This document shows positions 30,073-39,209 of a stretch of 64,000 bases of DNA, piece after piece. Each line of letters opens with the position of its first letter. The stretch's first letter is position 1. Below the pieces are notes generated by a model, which ran no database searches, was not told the DNA's origin, and was given only the letters and a program-made list of their open reading frames with translations. The stretch is taken from the sequence record DRR723986_1348, one strand, 5' to 3'. The position numbers and the translations under genes are program-made.

Positions 30073-32592
30073 TTATTGAAATTGGTAGCTAAACTCTACG
30101 CCCACCTCTCGCGGCGTTCCGGGAACGCGATTGGCAACACCGATCACGCTGGTTACTGCGATCCCGCCAACAAAGTAGGGGTCATCTTTTAGGTTATTCA
30201 CGTAGGCCGATACGCCCATCTGTTCATTGATCTGCCAGCGCGCCCTGGCATTGAAAAGCTCGTACTGACCGATGGTCGAGCTCGCGTATTCACCGCTGAG
30301 GTAATCAGTACCGATGAATATTTCATCGGAATAGTAGTACTGCAGCTGTGGAATAATCAGACCAATCGGCGAGTGCCAATCATATTGCACGACAACGCCG
30401 CGAACATTTTGCGGCACCTGGGGAAACGCCTCGCCGCTGCGGTCAACAATCGCAAAGCCATCAGCGGTATTGGTACCCAGGTCATAGTCAATAAAGTCGC
30501 CGTCGGTATACCCGGCATTGGCATTGATGGTGAAATCACCCAGCAGGGCGGTAATCTCAAATTCAAACCCGTCGACCACGGCCTCGCCCGCATTGCCGGT
30601 AAACTGCACCACTTCTGTTTGAGTGGTGCCGCGCTCATAAAGCGCGACCTGTAGATCGGTGTAATCCATCTGGAACACCGCTACATTGAAACGCAGGCGG
30701 CTATCCAAGGCGTCTAATTTAAAACCGATCTCTTTGTTGACGACAATCTCAGGCTCAAACTGCTTGATCGACGAATCGGTCTGCGTCGAGCGCACATCCA
30801 AACCACCCGACTTAAAGCCCTTGCTCACGGTGGCATAAGCGATAAAGCTGTCGAGATTCAAGGACTCAAGCAGTTCATCATCAGCCAGGTAATTGAGCGT
30901 GACCGCTGGCGTAAATTCCGAGAAGCGCGTATCACCGCGCAGCGGCGCCGCATACAGCAGAGGAACCGAGGGCGCCTCATAGGCAAAATACTGCGCCAGC
31001 GGCACCGGCGAAAAGATACCGTCCATCACATGGGTGACGGGCAGCAATATTGCGGGGTTGCTGCCGATCTGGGCATTGAGCCGACTCGCGTATTCATCGT
31101 AGTCCGGCGTGCCTTGAATTTGCACCGTACTGCGCTCTTCTTCGGTATAGCGCAAACCCAATGTCAGCTGCAGGGTCTCGGTCATATCCCATGTTCCCTG
31201 CGCAAACACTGCCGCAGTGGTGTTTTCGTAGTCGGCCAAGGCAACGGCGTTGGCCTGCACGGGCAACACCAGGGCATTGGGAAGCGGAATGCCCAGATCA
31301 ACCGCAGCGCCCGGCCCTACCGCCACCAAGCCGTTGTCGCCCACCTCGGTGCCATCAATGCTATTTTCCAAACTCTCCTCGGCGTAGAACACACCAAAGG
31401 TGTAGTTCAAGGTATCGTCCCAGGCGGTGCCGTTGAATTTCACCTCCTGACTGAATTGCTCACGCACAGCATCGCCGACCGATGGATCATCAGAGCCATT
31501 GAGTACCTGATAACCGGCATCAGGACCAACCGCCACTGCACGAATCGCCGTGCCATCAGAGTCGCCACTAATTCGGATATTGTCCTGCATCGCGTAGCTG
31601 GTAATGCTCTCTACATCTATTCCCGCAACCGAGCCGCGCAAGGTGAGTGCCAGCATATGGTTGTCGATCGCATAGACCGCATCCTCCGCGGTTTGACTGA
31701 CCTTAAAGGTTTTCGCTAATTCAGAGCTCTCGTTACAGGCGGCCTGTAAATCCGAACCATCAGCCCCTCGGTAAATGCCCTGCGCAAGAATGGCACTGCT
31801 GTTTTGAAAAACGCAGTTGTAGGGTGAGCCGCGCTCATCGATGCGACTTAAAAACCCGAAGACGTCGACTTCGAACTCATCGTTGACATACCAAATCAGC
31901 CGCGATGACACCGCCATGCGGTCCTGATCAAACAGCGCATAGTCAGCGGCGACATTATCGATTGAGCCATCGCTGCGCTTGGCATTCACCGCGACACGCA
32001 TAGCGATGCTGTCGCTGAGCGGTAGGTTGGCATCGAGCTTGGCACTTTTCTGCCCGTAATTCCCCGCGCCAAGTTTTGCGCCAAATTCAAAGCCGTCGGT
32101 AAACGGTTTTTTCGAATCAACCAGTATGGCGCCACCAATATTGTTCTTGCCGAATAGCGTACCCTGAGGGCCGCGCAATACCTGTATCGACGCCACATCA
32201 ACCGCATCGAGCAGCTGGGCATCGGAGCGTGGCACGTAGACGCCGTTCAAGTACATGCCCACCCCCGGGTCCAGCACGGGATTACCCGAGCGCTGGCCAA
32301 TGCCGCGAATAAAGACCGCCGGCGCTTTGTAGTTGGTCTGCGAGAACTGCAGACTGGGCGCCAGTGTTTCCACGTCTTCAATATCGCTGATACCCATTTG
32401 CTCAAGCATATCCGAGCCCAACGCCGATACCGCCAGCGGGGTATCCTGCAGGCTCTCTTCGCGCCGCCGAGCGGTGACCACCACCTCTTCCAGCATGGCG
32501 CGATTTTCAGTTTGCGCAAAACTCGGCGCGACGCACAACGTCGATAGCGCAGACATCGCCAGCGGGAACAACACAGCTTTGTTCGTTTTCAT
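30073..32592 (-). CDS. TonB-dependent outer membrane receptor
   Basis: Signal peptide, TonB box EEVVVTARRR, plug motif VLRGPQGTLFGKN, C-terminal aromatic beta-strand. Confidence 0.93.
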   Translation of the reverse strand: MKTNKAVLFPLAMSALSTLCVAPSFAQTENRAMLEEVVVTARRREESLQDTPLAVSALGSDMLEQMGISDIEDVETLAPSLQFSQTNYKAPAVFIRGIGQRSGNPVLDPGVGMYLNGVYVPRSDAQLLDAVDVASIQVLRGPQGTLFGKNNIGGAILVDSKKPFTDGFEFGAKLGAGNYGQKSAKLDANLPLSDSIAMRVAVNAKRSDGSIDNVAADYALFDQDRMAVSSRLIWYVNDEFEVDVFGFLSRIDERGSPYNCVFQNSSAILAQGIYRGADGSDLQAACNESSELAKTFKVSQTAEDAVYAIDNHMLALTLRGSVAGIDVESITSYAMQDNIRISGDSDGTAIRAVAVGPDAGYQVLNGSDDPSVGDAVREQFSQEVKFNGTAWDDTLNYTFGVFYAEESLENSIDGTEVGDNGLVAVGPGAAVDLGIPLPNALVLPVQANAVALADYENTTAAVFAQGTWDMTETLQLTLGLRYTEEERSTVQIQGTPDYDEYASRLNAQIGSNPAILLPVTHVMDGIFSPVPLAQYFAYEAPSVPLLYAAPLRGDTRFSEFTPAVTLNYLADDELLESLNLDSFIAYATVSKGFKSGGLDVRSTQTDSSIKQFEPEIVVNKEIGFKLDALDSRLRFNVAVFQMDYTDLQVALYERGTTQTEVVQFTGNAGEAVVDGFEFEITALLGDFTINANAGYTDGDFIDYDLGTNTADGFAIVDRSGEAFPQVPQNVRGVVVQYDWHSPIGLIIPQLQYYYSDEIFIGTDYLSGEYASSTIGQYELFNARARWQINEQMGVSAYVNNLKDDPYFVGGIAVTSVIGVANRVPGTPREVGVEFSYQFQ

Positions 32593-32675
32593 TTACAGCT
32601 CTCCAGCATTCCATGGAACATGGTTATCTTTTTTTATTATTGGCAAACCCTGCGTGGCAAATCCCGTGCCATCGC

Positions 32676-34811
32676 CTATGCAACCGCTTCTACGTTCACC
32701 GGCACACCGTTCAGCGCCGCATTTCCCGACAGGCTGTCAATAAACTGCTCGTCAGTGAGGTCGTTAACACTCACCCCGGCATTGGCCTCTGCGCGGCGCC
32801 AGGCCGTGCCACTGCGGTGATGGCCCCAACCGTGTGGAATGCTAACCACACCGGGCATCACCTCGTCGCTGACTGATGCAGGTAACTCAACACTGCCAAC
32901 CCGCGAACTGACTCGCACGGTGTCATCGTCGGCAATATTCAAGCGCCGGGCATCATCGGGGTGAACCAATACCGTGCAGCGCGACTTCCCTTTCACTAAG
33001 CGCTGGCTGTTATGCAACCAAGAATTATTGCTGCGCACATCCCGGCGGCCGATAAGTAAGAATGCTGCCGCGCGCTGTTGCTCGAAGAAGCGTTGCTCAA
33101 CACGGGGCAGGTCAGCCAAGAAAAACGCCGCGCTCAAGTGAATACGCTTATCTTTATGATAAAGCCCCTTCGGCAACTGCTGCTGCAGCGGCCCCAGATC
33201 AATACCGTGTGGCGCGGATTTCAGTTTAGACAGAGTCAATCCCTTAAAGGGATGCAAACCTGCGCCGTAGGGGCCCCGGCGCAATAGGAAGGCCAACAGG
33301 CCGCTTGGCCCGAGGCGTTGTTCAACGCGGCGGCTCAGCCGTTCCTTCATCGAGCGAGGCGGTGCCAGACGGTCCCGCAGGCCCAACAAAATTTGCCAAT
33401 CGTGGCGGGCTTCAGCACCGGGAGGGAATAATGCTGGCGCGTAGCGAACATTGTTGCGCACCGCCAACAGATTGAAAATCACATCGAAATGCTCGCGCTC
33501 AAGCGGGCTGACCGGCGGCAAAATAAAATCGGCATGGCGGCTACTTTCATTCAGATAGAAGTCTACCGACACCAGTAAGTCCAAGCTGGCAAAGGCCTTA
33601 TCTAACTGGTCGCCATTGGGCGTAGACAGTACGGGGTTTCCCGCGATCAGCACCATGCCTTTAATCTGGCCTTCACCGGGGGTGGTAATTTCCTCTGCCA
33701 GCGTGGAGACCGGCAGCTCGCCATTAAATTCTGGTAGCTGGCGAACCCGGCTGTGAAAGCGCCCCATGTTTCCGCGCCCGGTCTGGGGCAAAATGTCGGC
33801 TGCAGGCGTGGTGAACATCAAGCCGCCGGGGCTATCGAGCGTACCGGTAAGCACGTTGAACAGCATAATCAAGTACTGACACAGCGCGCCAAACTCCTGC
33901 ACCGACACGCCCATGCGCCCATACAACACCGGCGCCTCAGCCGCGCAAAACTCGTCGACCAGTCTGCGAATATCGGCGGCACCGATGCCAATATGTTCCG
34001 CCACCCGCTCGGGAGTGTAGGCATCAAAATGCGGCTTGAGCGCCACTGGGTCGCTATCGAGCAAACTGCGATAGTGACCGGACGTCACCTGCGCTGAGGC
34101 AAACAAGTGATTCAACATCGCCAAGAGCAGCAGTACATCGCTACCGGGGCGTATAAAGTGATGCTCATTAGCCAGCTCTGCCGTTTGACTTCGCCGCGGG
34201 TCAATCACCACCACTTTGCCGCGCTGCCTTACCTGCTTTAACCGACCGCGCACGTCCGCCACACTCATAATGCTGCCGTTCGACGCCAGCGGGTTACCGC
34301 CCATAATGACAAAATAATCACTGCGATCGATGTCGGGAACAGGGATGCGCAATTGATGCCCGAACAGTTTCCAGGCGACCATATGGTGGGGCAGTTGGTC
34401 TACCGACGTCGCCGAAAATTTATTGCGCGTTTTTAGCGCGCGCAAAAAACCGCCGTTGAGCAGGGTTCCACCCAGATTATGCACATTTGGGTTGCCCAAA
34501 TAGACCCCAAGTGCATCCTTCCCATGCTCCTGCTGAAGACTGCGCATACGCTCGGCAACTTTATCCAGCGCCTCCTCCCACTCCAGCTCATGCCACTGGC
34601 CATCGCGCTTTTCCATCGGCTTGCGCAGGCGATCGGGATCTTCATACAGGTCTTTTAGAGCCAGGGCTTTGGGGCAGATATGGCCGCGACTAAAAGGGTC
34701 GTTTTCATCCCCTTTTATCGCGATAATCTGCTCCTCTTCCAGCGTTATCGCCACACCGCACATGGCTTCACAGAGGTTACAGGTTCGATAAAACGTACCG
34801 GATCGCGGCAT
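32676..34811 (-). CDS. Molybdopterin (bis-MGD) oxidoreductase, substrate unknown
   Basis: N-terminal CNLCEAMC...C 4Fe-4S motif, PDRLRKP, NSWLHN, C-terminal molydop_binding domain (VSIPHGWG). Confidence 0.88.
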   Translation of the reverse strand: MPRSGTFYRTCNLCEAMCGVAITLEEEQIIAIKGDENDPFSRGHICPKALALKDLYEDPDRLRKPMEKRDGQWHELEWEEALDKVAERMRSLQQEHGKDALGVYLGNPNVHNLGGTLLNGGFLRALKTRNKFSATSVDQLPHHMVAWKLFGHQLRIPVPDIDRSDYFVIMGGNPLASNGSIMSVADVRGRLKQVRQRGKVVVIDPRRSQTAELANEHHFIRPGSDVLLLLAMLNHLFASAQVTSGHYRSLLDSDPVALKPHFDAYTPERVAEHIGIGAADIRRLVDEFCAAEAPVLYGRMGVSVQEFGALCQYLIMLFNVLTGTLDSPGGLMFTTPAADILPQTGRGNMGRFHSRVRQLPEFNGELPVSTLAEEITTPGEGQIKGMVLIAGNPVLSTPNGDQLDKAFASLDLLVSVDFYLNESSRHADFILPPVSPLEREHFDVIFNLLAVRNNVRYAPALFPPGAEARHDWQILLGLRDRLAPPRSMKERLSRRVEQRLGPSGLLAFLLRRGPYGAGLHPFKGLTLSKLKSAPHGIDLGPLQQQLPKGLYHKDKRIHLSAAFFLADLPRVEQRFFEQQRAAAFLLIGRRDVRSNNSWLHNSQRLVKGKSRCTVLVHPDDARRLNIADDDTVRVSSRVGSVELPASVSDEVMPGVVSIPHGWGHHRSGTAWRRAEANAGVSVNDLTDEQFIDSLSGNAALNGVPVNVEAVA

Positions 34812-35045
34812 AACAGGCCTCTCTTGCACACGCTTATTATTATCTGCGCGCCATCGCGCACAATGTATTCACTGCATACACTCTAGCAGCAAGCGTCTTC
34901 GGTCGCACTCTCTCAACCCTCACTCAGCTAAAAAGGTCTAAAAACCCGCAAATGTGCTATTGTGGCTGCTCGAAACATTCGCCGCATTTCTGCATCTTGC
35001 CGACATCTGGTGTCGAAATTCGGCCTCTACAAGGCAAAATGGATT

Positions 35046-36794
35046 ATGGCAAGGATAGCCCACAAAGACAGTCGCCCTCCTTCTCCGTCGAATGTAGCAC
35101 GACCCAGGCTCTCTCCCGCGGTTACCAATACACTGCAGAACATCGACCCCAAGCTAGACAACGAATGGCATCAGCAGGTGATGGCACTTTTTGGGAAGCT
35201 CGACGCTTCCGAGCGCAAATACGCGTTCAATCGTCATCTCGCACCCAAAGGTATTCGTATCGACCGCGAAGCCAAGACCTTGATATTCACCGGACGACCG
35301 AGCCTAGCCACGCTTAGCCGAGAGATCCAAACCCCTGCGCTACTGACAGCTATTGCAAAAATGCGGCAGGCCCAGGACAAACTTCGTGAAACCTCCGATG
35401 CGTTTGCCTTTGCAGACTTGCTCGAGGCGAGTGTTCACCTCGTTGATAGCTACGACGCCCAGGGAATACTAAAGCGTCAAAAGGATAAGCTGCGCGTGCG
35501 TCAAGCACACTTAGACGACCTTGTTGACATCGTGAGAGACGGCAAGCTCCAGTGTCCGCAAACGCAGCGAGGACTCACTGTCGGACTTATCAAAGATTTT
35601 ATGATCGAGGTGTTCATCCGCCATCAGATGCTCGGATATCGATTCAAATTAACCAGTATCGACGAGTTGCGTGCTCATTCGCTGCCATTCCTCAGCGAAG
35701 AGATCGCCAATGAAGTCGAGCTGAGACAGTGTGACGTTATCACAACTAAACGCTGCCTCTTTATTGTTGGCCCGGTTCACAAGGTTGGCCAGAACCCATA
35801 CTCGATCAGACGCTTTCTCCATGAAGATGGAGGCAGTAGCCCAACAGTATTCTTTAATTCAATTGCGATTCCGTTCAACTCCCTGGACAAGCCGAAAATT
35901 ACCGAACATCTACGCTGGAGTATTGGTCGCGTACTGACCCTTGAACGGCAAATTTCCCAAAACGTTATCAGCTTCGTTAACAGTTTTAAGGAAACTCAAA
36001 GAGAGACTCTACATCCCTTGCTCCAGAGAGCCTTCTCGGCTGACGGCTCCGATCTAGAAGCACAAATTCGTAAACGCCTATCTGCCTACGAGGAGATACT
36101 GGCTCAGCAAGTATTAAGCAAGATCACACCGACCATTCAAAAGCACGTCAGATCAAACGACGATCTCGACTTTCTGTTTTTCTACTTGCACGCCTTCCTA
36201 CTGCAAGTCTCCAGCGACGTAAAATCGTTCGCGAATCTCTATGTCGTCACTGGTAACAGCACGGCGGAGGAACTTGAGTTACGCGTGTTGGGCTACCTAC
36301 GACTATTGGAGAAGCGCAAGAACGAAATTTTTTCACGCACTACTACGGGTCATAACACACGCACAAATAGTCAAATGCCAGTTCCTCAATTCACGATTGT
36401 TTTGGATGAATTTGAGAACAAGTCAACGCTGGTAGTTCAAAAAATAGACGCCCTAATCACAGCGCAGAACAAGCAGAAAAGTCCGCTATCGCAATGGTTT
36501 GACAAAGCCACCAATGGCGGCGAAAAACGACGTGTAAAACGCGACCTCTTACAACGCGAACTCGAACAGATAAAGAAACAGTGCCTAGTCGCATTGATCA
36601 AAGTCTGTAAACACCAGAGCGATTTAACCGTATTCCTCGAGCTTGAGGAGGTAATCAACAATATTGACGAAACAAGGCGGCATTATGCGCTTTCTGCAGG
36701 ACTCCAGGGCATATCAGAGCTACCGAGGCTAATAGTGCTTTGGGAGGATCACACCCAACTCAGTTTCTCCGATATTCGCCGCCGATTAGCGTGA
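35046..36794 (+). CDS. Hypothetical protein (~580-610 aa, soluble, largely helical)
   Basis: Long uninterrupted ORF filling the gap; no motif recognised; start uncertain (34962 GTG or 35046 ATG). Confidence 0.8.
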   Translation: MARIAHKDSRPPSPSNVARPRLSPAVTNTLQNIDPKLDNEWHQQVMALFGKLDASERKYAFNRHLAPKGIRIDREAKTLIFTGRPSLATLSREIQTPALLTAIAKMRQAQDKLRETSDAFAFADLLEASVHLVDSYDAQGILKRQKDKLRVRQAHLDDLVDIVRDGKLQCPQTQRGLTVGLIKDFMIEVFIRHQMLGYRFKLTSIDELRAHSLPFLSEEIANEVELRQCDVITTKRCLFIVGPVHKVGQNPYSIRRFLHEDGGSSPTVFFNSIAIPFNSLDKPKITEHLRWSIGRVLTLERQISQNVISFVNSFKETQRETLHPLLQRAFSADGSDLEAQIRKRLSAYEEILAQQVLSKITPTIQKHVRSNDDLDFLFFYLHAFLLQVSSDVKSFANLYVVTGNSTAEELELRVLGYLRLLEKRKNEIFSRTTTGHNTRTNSQMPVPQFTIVLDEFENKSTLVVQKIDALITAQNKQKSPLSQWFDKATNGGEKRRVKRDLLQRELEQIKKQCLVALIKVCKHQSDLTVFLELEEVINNIDETRRHYALSAGLQGISELPRLIVLWEDHTQLSFSDIRRRLA

Positions 36795-36827
36795 ATACCG
36801 CGCATATACGCAGACGGGAAGCAACGC

Positions 36828-39209
36828 TTACGAACCACCCAGCGATAGCTGCTGTTGCATAACACGGTCGCGAGAGGACCAGCCCACTGCGAATTGGTAG
36901 TCACCGGCCGCCATGGCCCAGTCTTTGGCGCGGTCATCCCAATAGCTCAAATCCCGTGAGCTAAGCTGATAGCGCAGGCTTGCTGACTCGCCCGGTGCCA
37001 ACCAATGCTTGGAGAAGTCTTTTAGCGCCCACGGCGGCTGCTCAATACCAGCAGCCGGGCTTGGCAGGCCAACATATAGCTGCGGCACCGCCCAACCGGC
37101 GCGGTCGCCGATATTGCTCGCCCGCGCCGTTACCACGACCCCACCCTCGTCGCGGATAACTCGCAAGTCCGTCAACGAATACTCGCTATATGACAAACCG
37201 TAGCCGAAGGGGTAGGCGGGCTCACGCGATTGCTGATCAAACCAACGATAGCCGATAAAAACGCCTTCACTATGCTCCGCTTGATTGGCAAGGCCCGGGT
37301 AGCGCCGAGGGTCTCCGGCAACAGGGTTGTCCAGCTCCTCCTCCGGAAAGCTCAGCGGCAGGCGGCCGCCCGGGTCGGTATCGCCAAACAGCAGCCGGGC
37401 AATGGCACTACCGCCCTCCTGCCCTGGGTACCAGACCTGCAATAGCGCGTTAACCTGCTCGCGCCACGGCGTGAGCACCGCCCCCGAATTTTGTAACACC
37501 ACCACAGAGTCGCTATTTGCTGCCGCCACCGCAGTGATTAATGCATCCTGGTTGTCGTGAGACACCGGCAGCAACGGCGCGCCTAACAGCAGCGGCGCAA
37601 ACAGTTGATCAAGTACCTCGCGTATTGGCGAACTGGCAAATACCGGATCTGTCAGCTGATCCAATAAGGTGGGGGCTCCCCCTTGGAGGTTGTTTAGCAA
37701 TAGGGAGTCAGGCGCATCGGCGAGTGTGCAGTCGAGTGCCAAACAAAAACGGTCGCTGCCCTCGGTTGCCAAATTGCTGGCAAACACCAATGCGACATCT
37801 GCCTCGGCGGCGCCCGCTACTGCGGCAACGATATCACTGCCGTCATAGTAAGAGACCGCTACGTCGTCGCCCGCCCGCTCCGTTAACGCCTCGAGTGGCG
37901 TTTTAAAACGAAATGGCGTCACGAAAGAGGAACCACCGCCGCTAGGGCGCGTTTGCGCCGACGCGCCGATCACCGCGATGCGGCGAACATCGTCGTTCAA
38001 CGGCAACACCCCTTCGTTGCGCAGCAGCACCGCCCCCTGCTCGGCAACATCTTGTGCCAATACCGCATGGGCCGCCTGGTCGATATTGTCGTCGTTGCGC
38101 TGATAACGGGGGCGGTCAAAAAAACCGACGCTGAACAAGCGCCGAAATATCTGCGTAAGGTTGTCGTTCAGAACCTGCTCAGGCACCGCACCAGACTGCA
38201 CAGCCGCCTGCAACAAAGGCTGGGAGAAAAATACGCCGTAGGGCATTTCGATCATGGGCGAGGCATTTGCGGTTTGCACCGTATCTTTCTGGGCAAAGAA
38301 GTAATCGGTGACTAAAAAGCCGTCAAAACCCCACTCATCGCGTAATACGCTTTTCAACAAGTACTCTGAAGAACACGCTGGAGCACCGTTCACGTAGTTA
38401 TAGGCGCACATTACCGAAGCAACATTCGCCTCCTTCACCGCAGCTTCGTAGGGCGGCATATACAACTCGCGCATACTGCGCTCATCCACCACTGCATTCA
38501 CTACCGAGCGGCCACCCACCACCGCAGCGACGGGCGGCACACTAACGATGCCTTCCTGGGTGTTCATCAGATAGTGTTTGATATTGGCCATCACGCCCTG
38601 GGCTTGGCTACCTTTCACCCACTCGACAACCATTCGTGTTGCCAGCAGGGGATCCTCACCAAAGGTTTCGAAGCTGCGCCCCGCCAGCGGGTTGCGCACT
38701 AAGTCGGCCACCGGCGCATGCACGAGATCATTACCCTTGTTACGCACTTCATTGGCGATCGCCGCACCGGTTTCATGCGCCAGCGCCGGGTTAAAACTTG
38801 CCGCCAAGGCCAGTGGTATCGGCATCGCCGTGGCCGGACTTCCGCGCACACCAACCGGGCCGTCGCTCATTCTCAGCGGCGGGATGCCTAAGGCATCAAT
38901 ACCATTAACGATGCCGACATAGGGGTCGCCACTGGCCGAGGCCTGGGGATCGTCGCCCGCGAGGTAATCGATTTTTTGCTCCAGGCTCATTGCAGACACC
39001 AACAATTCCGCGCGCTGCGCGGCTGATAGCGAGGCGTCACACCACGGTCGTTCACTAAGCTCGCCGCAATGTTGGCTTATTGGGTCTGGCGTTGTTGTTT
39101 CAGAGGGTGAAGAACTGCCCCCGCAAGCGACTAACAGGGCGCTCATGGCGGCGAGAATTACTAGCCCGTTAACGGGGAAGCCACACTTCCTGGAAACACT
39201 ATGCTTCAT
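36828..39209 (-). CDS. GH3 beta-glucosidase-like lipoprotein
   Basis: Lipobox LVAC; SDGPVG, GRSFETFGEDP, KHY, nucleophile VTDY, WYPGQEGG and PFGYGLSY; Fn3-like C-terminus. Confidence 0.92.
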   Translation of the reverse strand: MKHSVSRKCGFPVNGLVILAAMSALLVACGGSSSPSETTTPDPISQHCGELSERPWCDASLSAAQRAELLVSAMSLEQKIDYLAGDDPQASASGDPYVGIVNGIDALGIPPLRMSDGPVGVRGSPATAMPIPLALAASFNPALAHETGAAIANEVRNKGNDLVHAPVADLVRNPLAGRSFETFGEDPLLATRMVVEWVKGSQAQGVMANIKHYLMNTQEGIVSVPPVAAVVGGRSVVNAVVDERSMRELYMPPYEAAVKEANVASVMCAYNYVNGAPACSSEYLLKSVLRDEWGFDGFLVTDYFFAQKDTVQTANASPMIEMPYGVFFSQPLLQAAVQSGAVPEQVLNDNLTQIFRRLFSVGFFDRPRYQRNDDNIDQAAHAVLAQDVAEQGAVLLRNEGVLPLNDDVRRIAVIGASAQTRPSGGGSSFVTPFRFKTPLEALTERAGDDVAVSYYDGSDIVAAVAGAAEADVALVFASNLATEGSDRFCLALDCTLADAPDSLLLNNLQGGAPTLLDQLTDPVFASSPIREVLDQLFAPLLLGAPLLPVSHDNQDALITAVAAANSDSVVVLQNSGAVLTPWREQVNALLQVWYPGQEGGSAIARLLFGDTDPGGRLPLSFPEEELDNPVAGDPRRYPGLANQAEHSEGVFIGYRWFDQQSREPAYPFGYGLSYSEYSLTDLRVIRDEGGVVVTARASNIGDRAGWAVPQLYVGLPSPAAGIEQPPWALKDFSKHWLAPGESASLRYQLSSRDLSYWDDRAKDWAMAAGDYQFAVGWSSRDRVMQQQLSLGGS

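Noticed and set aside
31030-31719. 229-aa plus-strand ORF
   Set aside because: Antisense shadow of the TonB receptor
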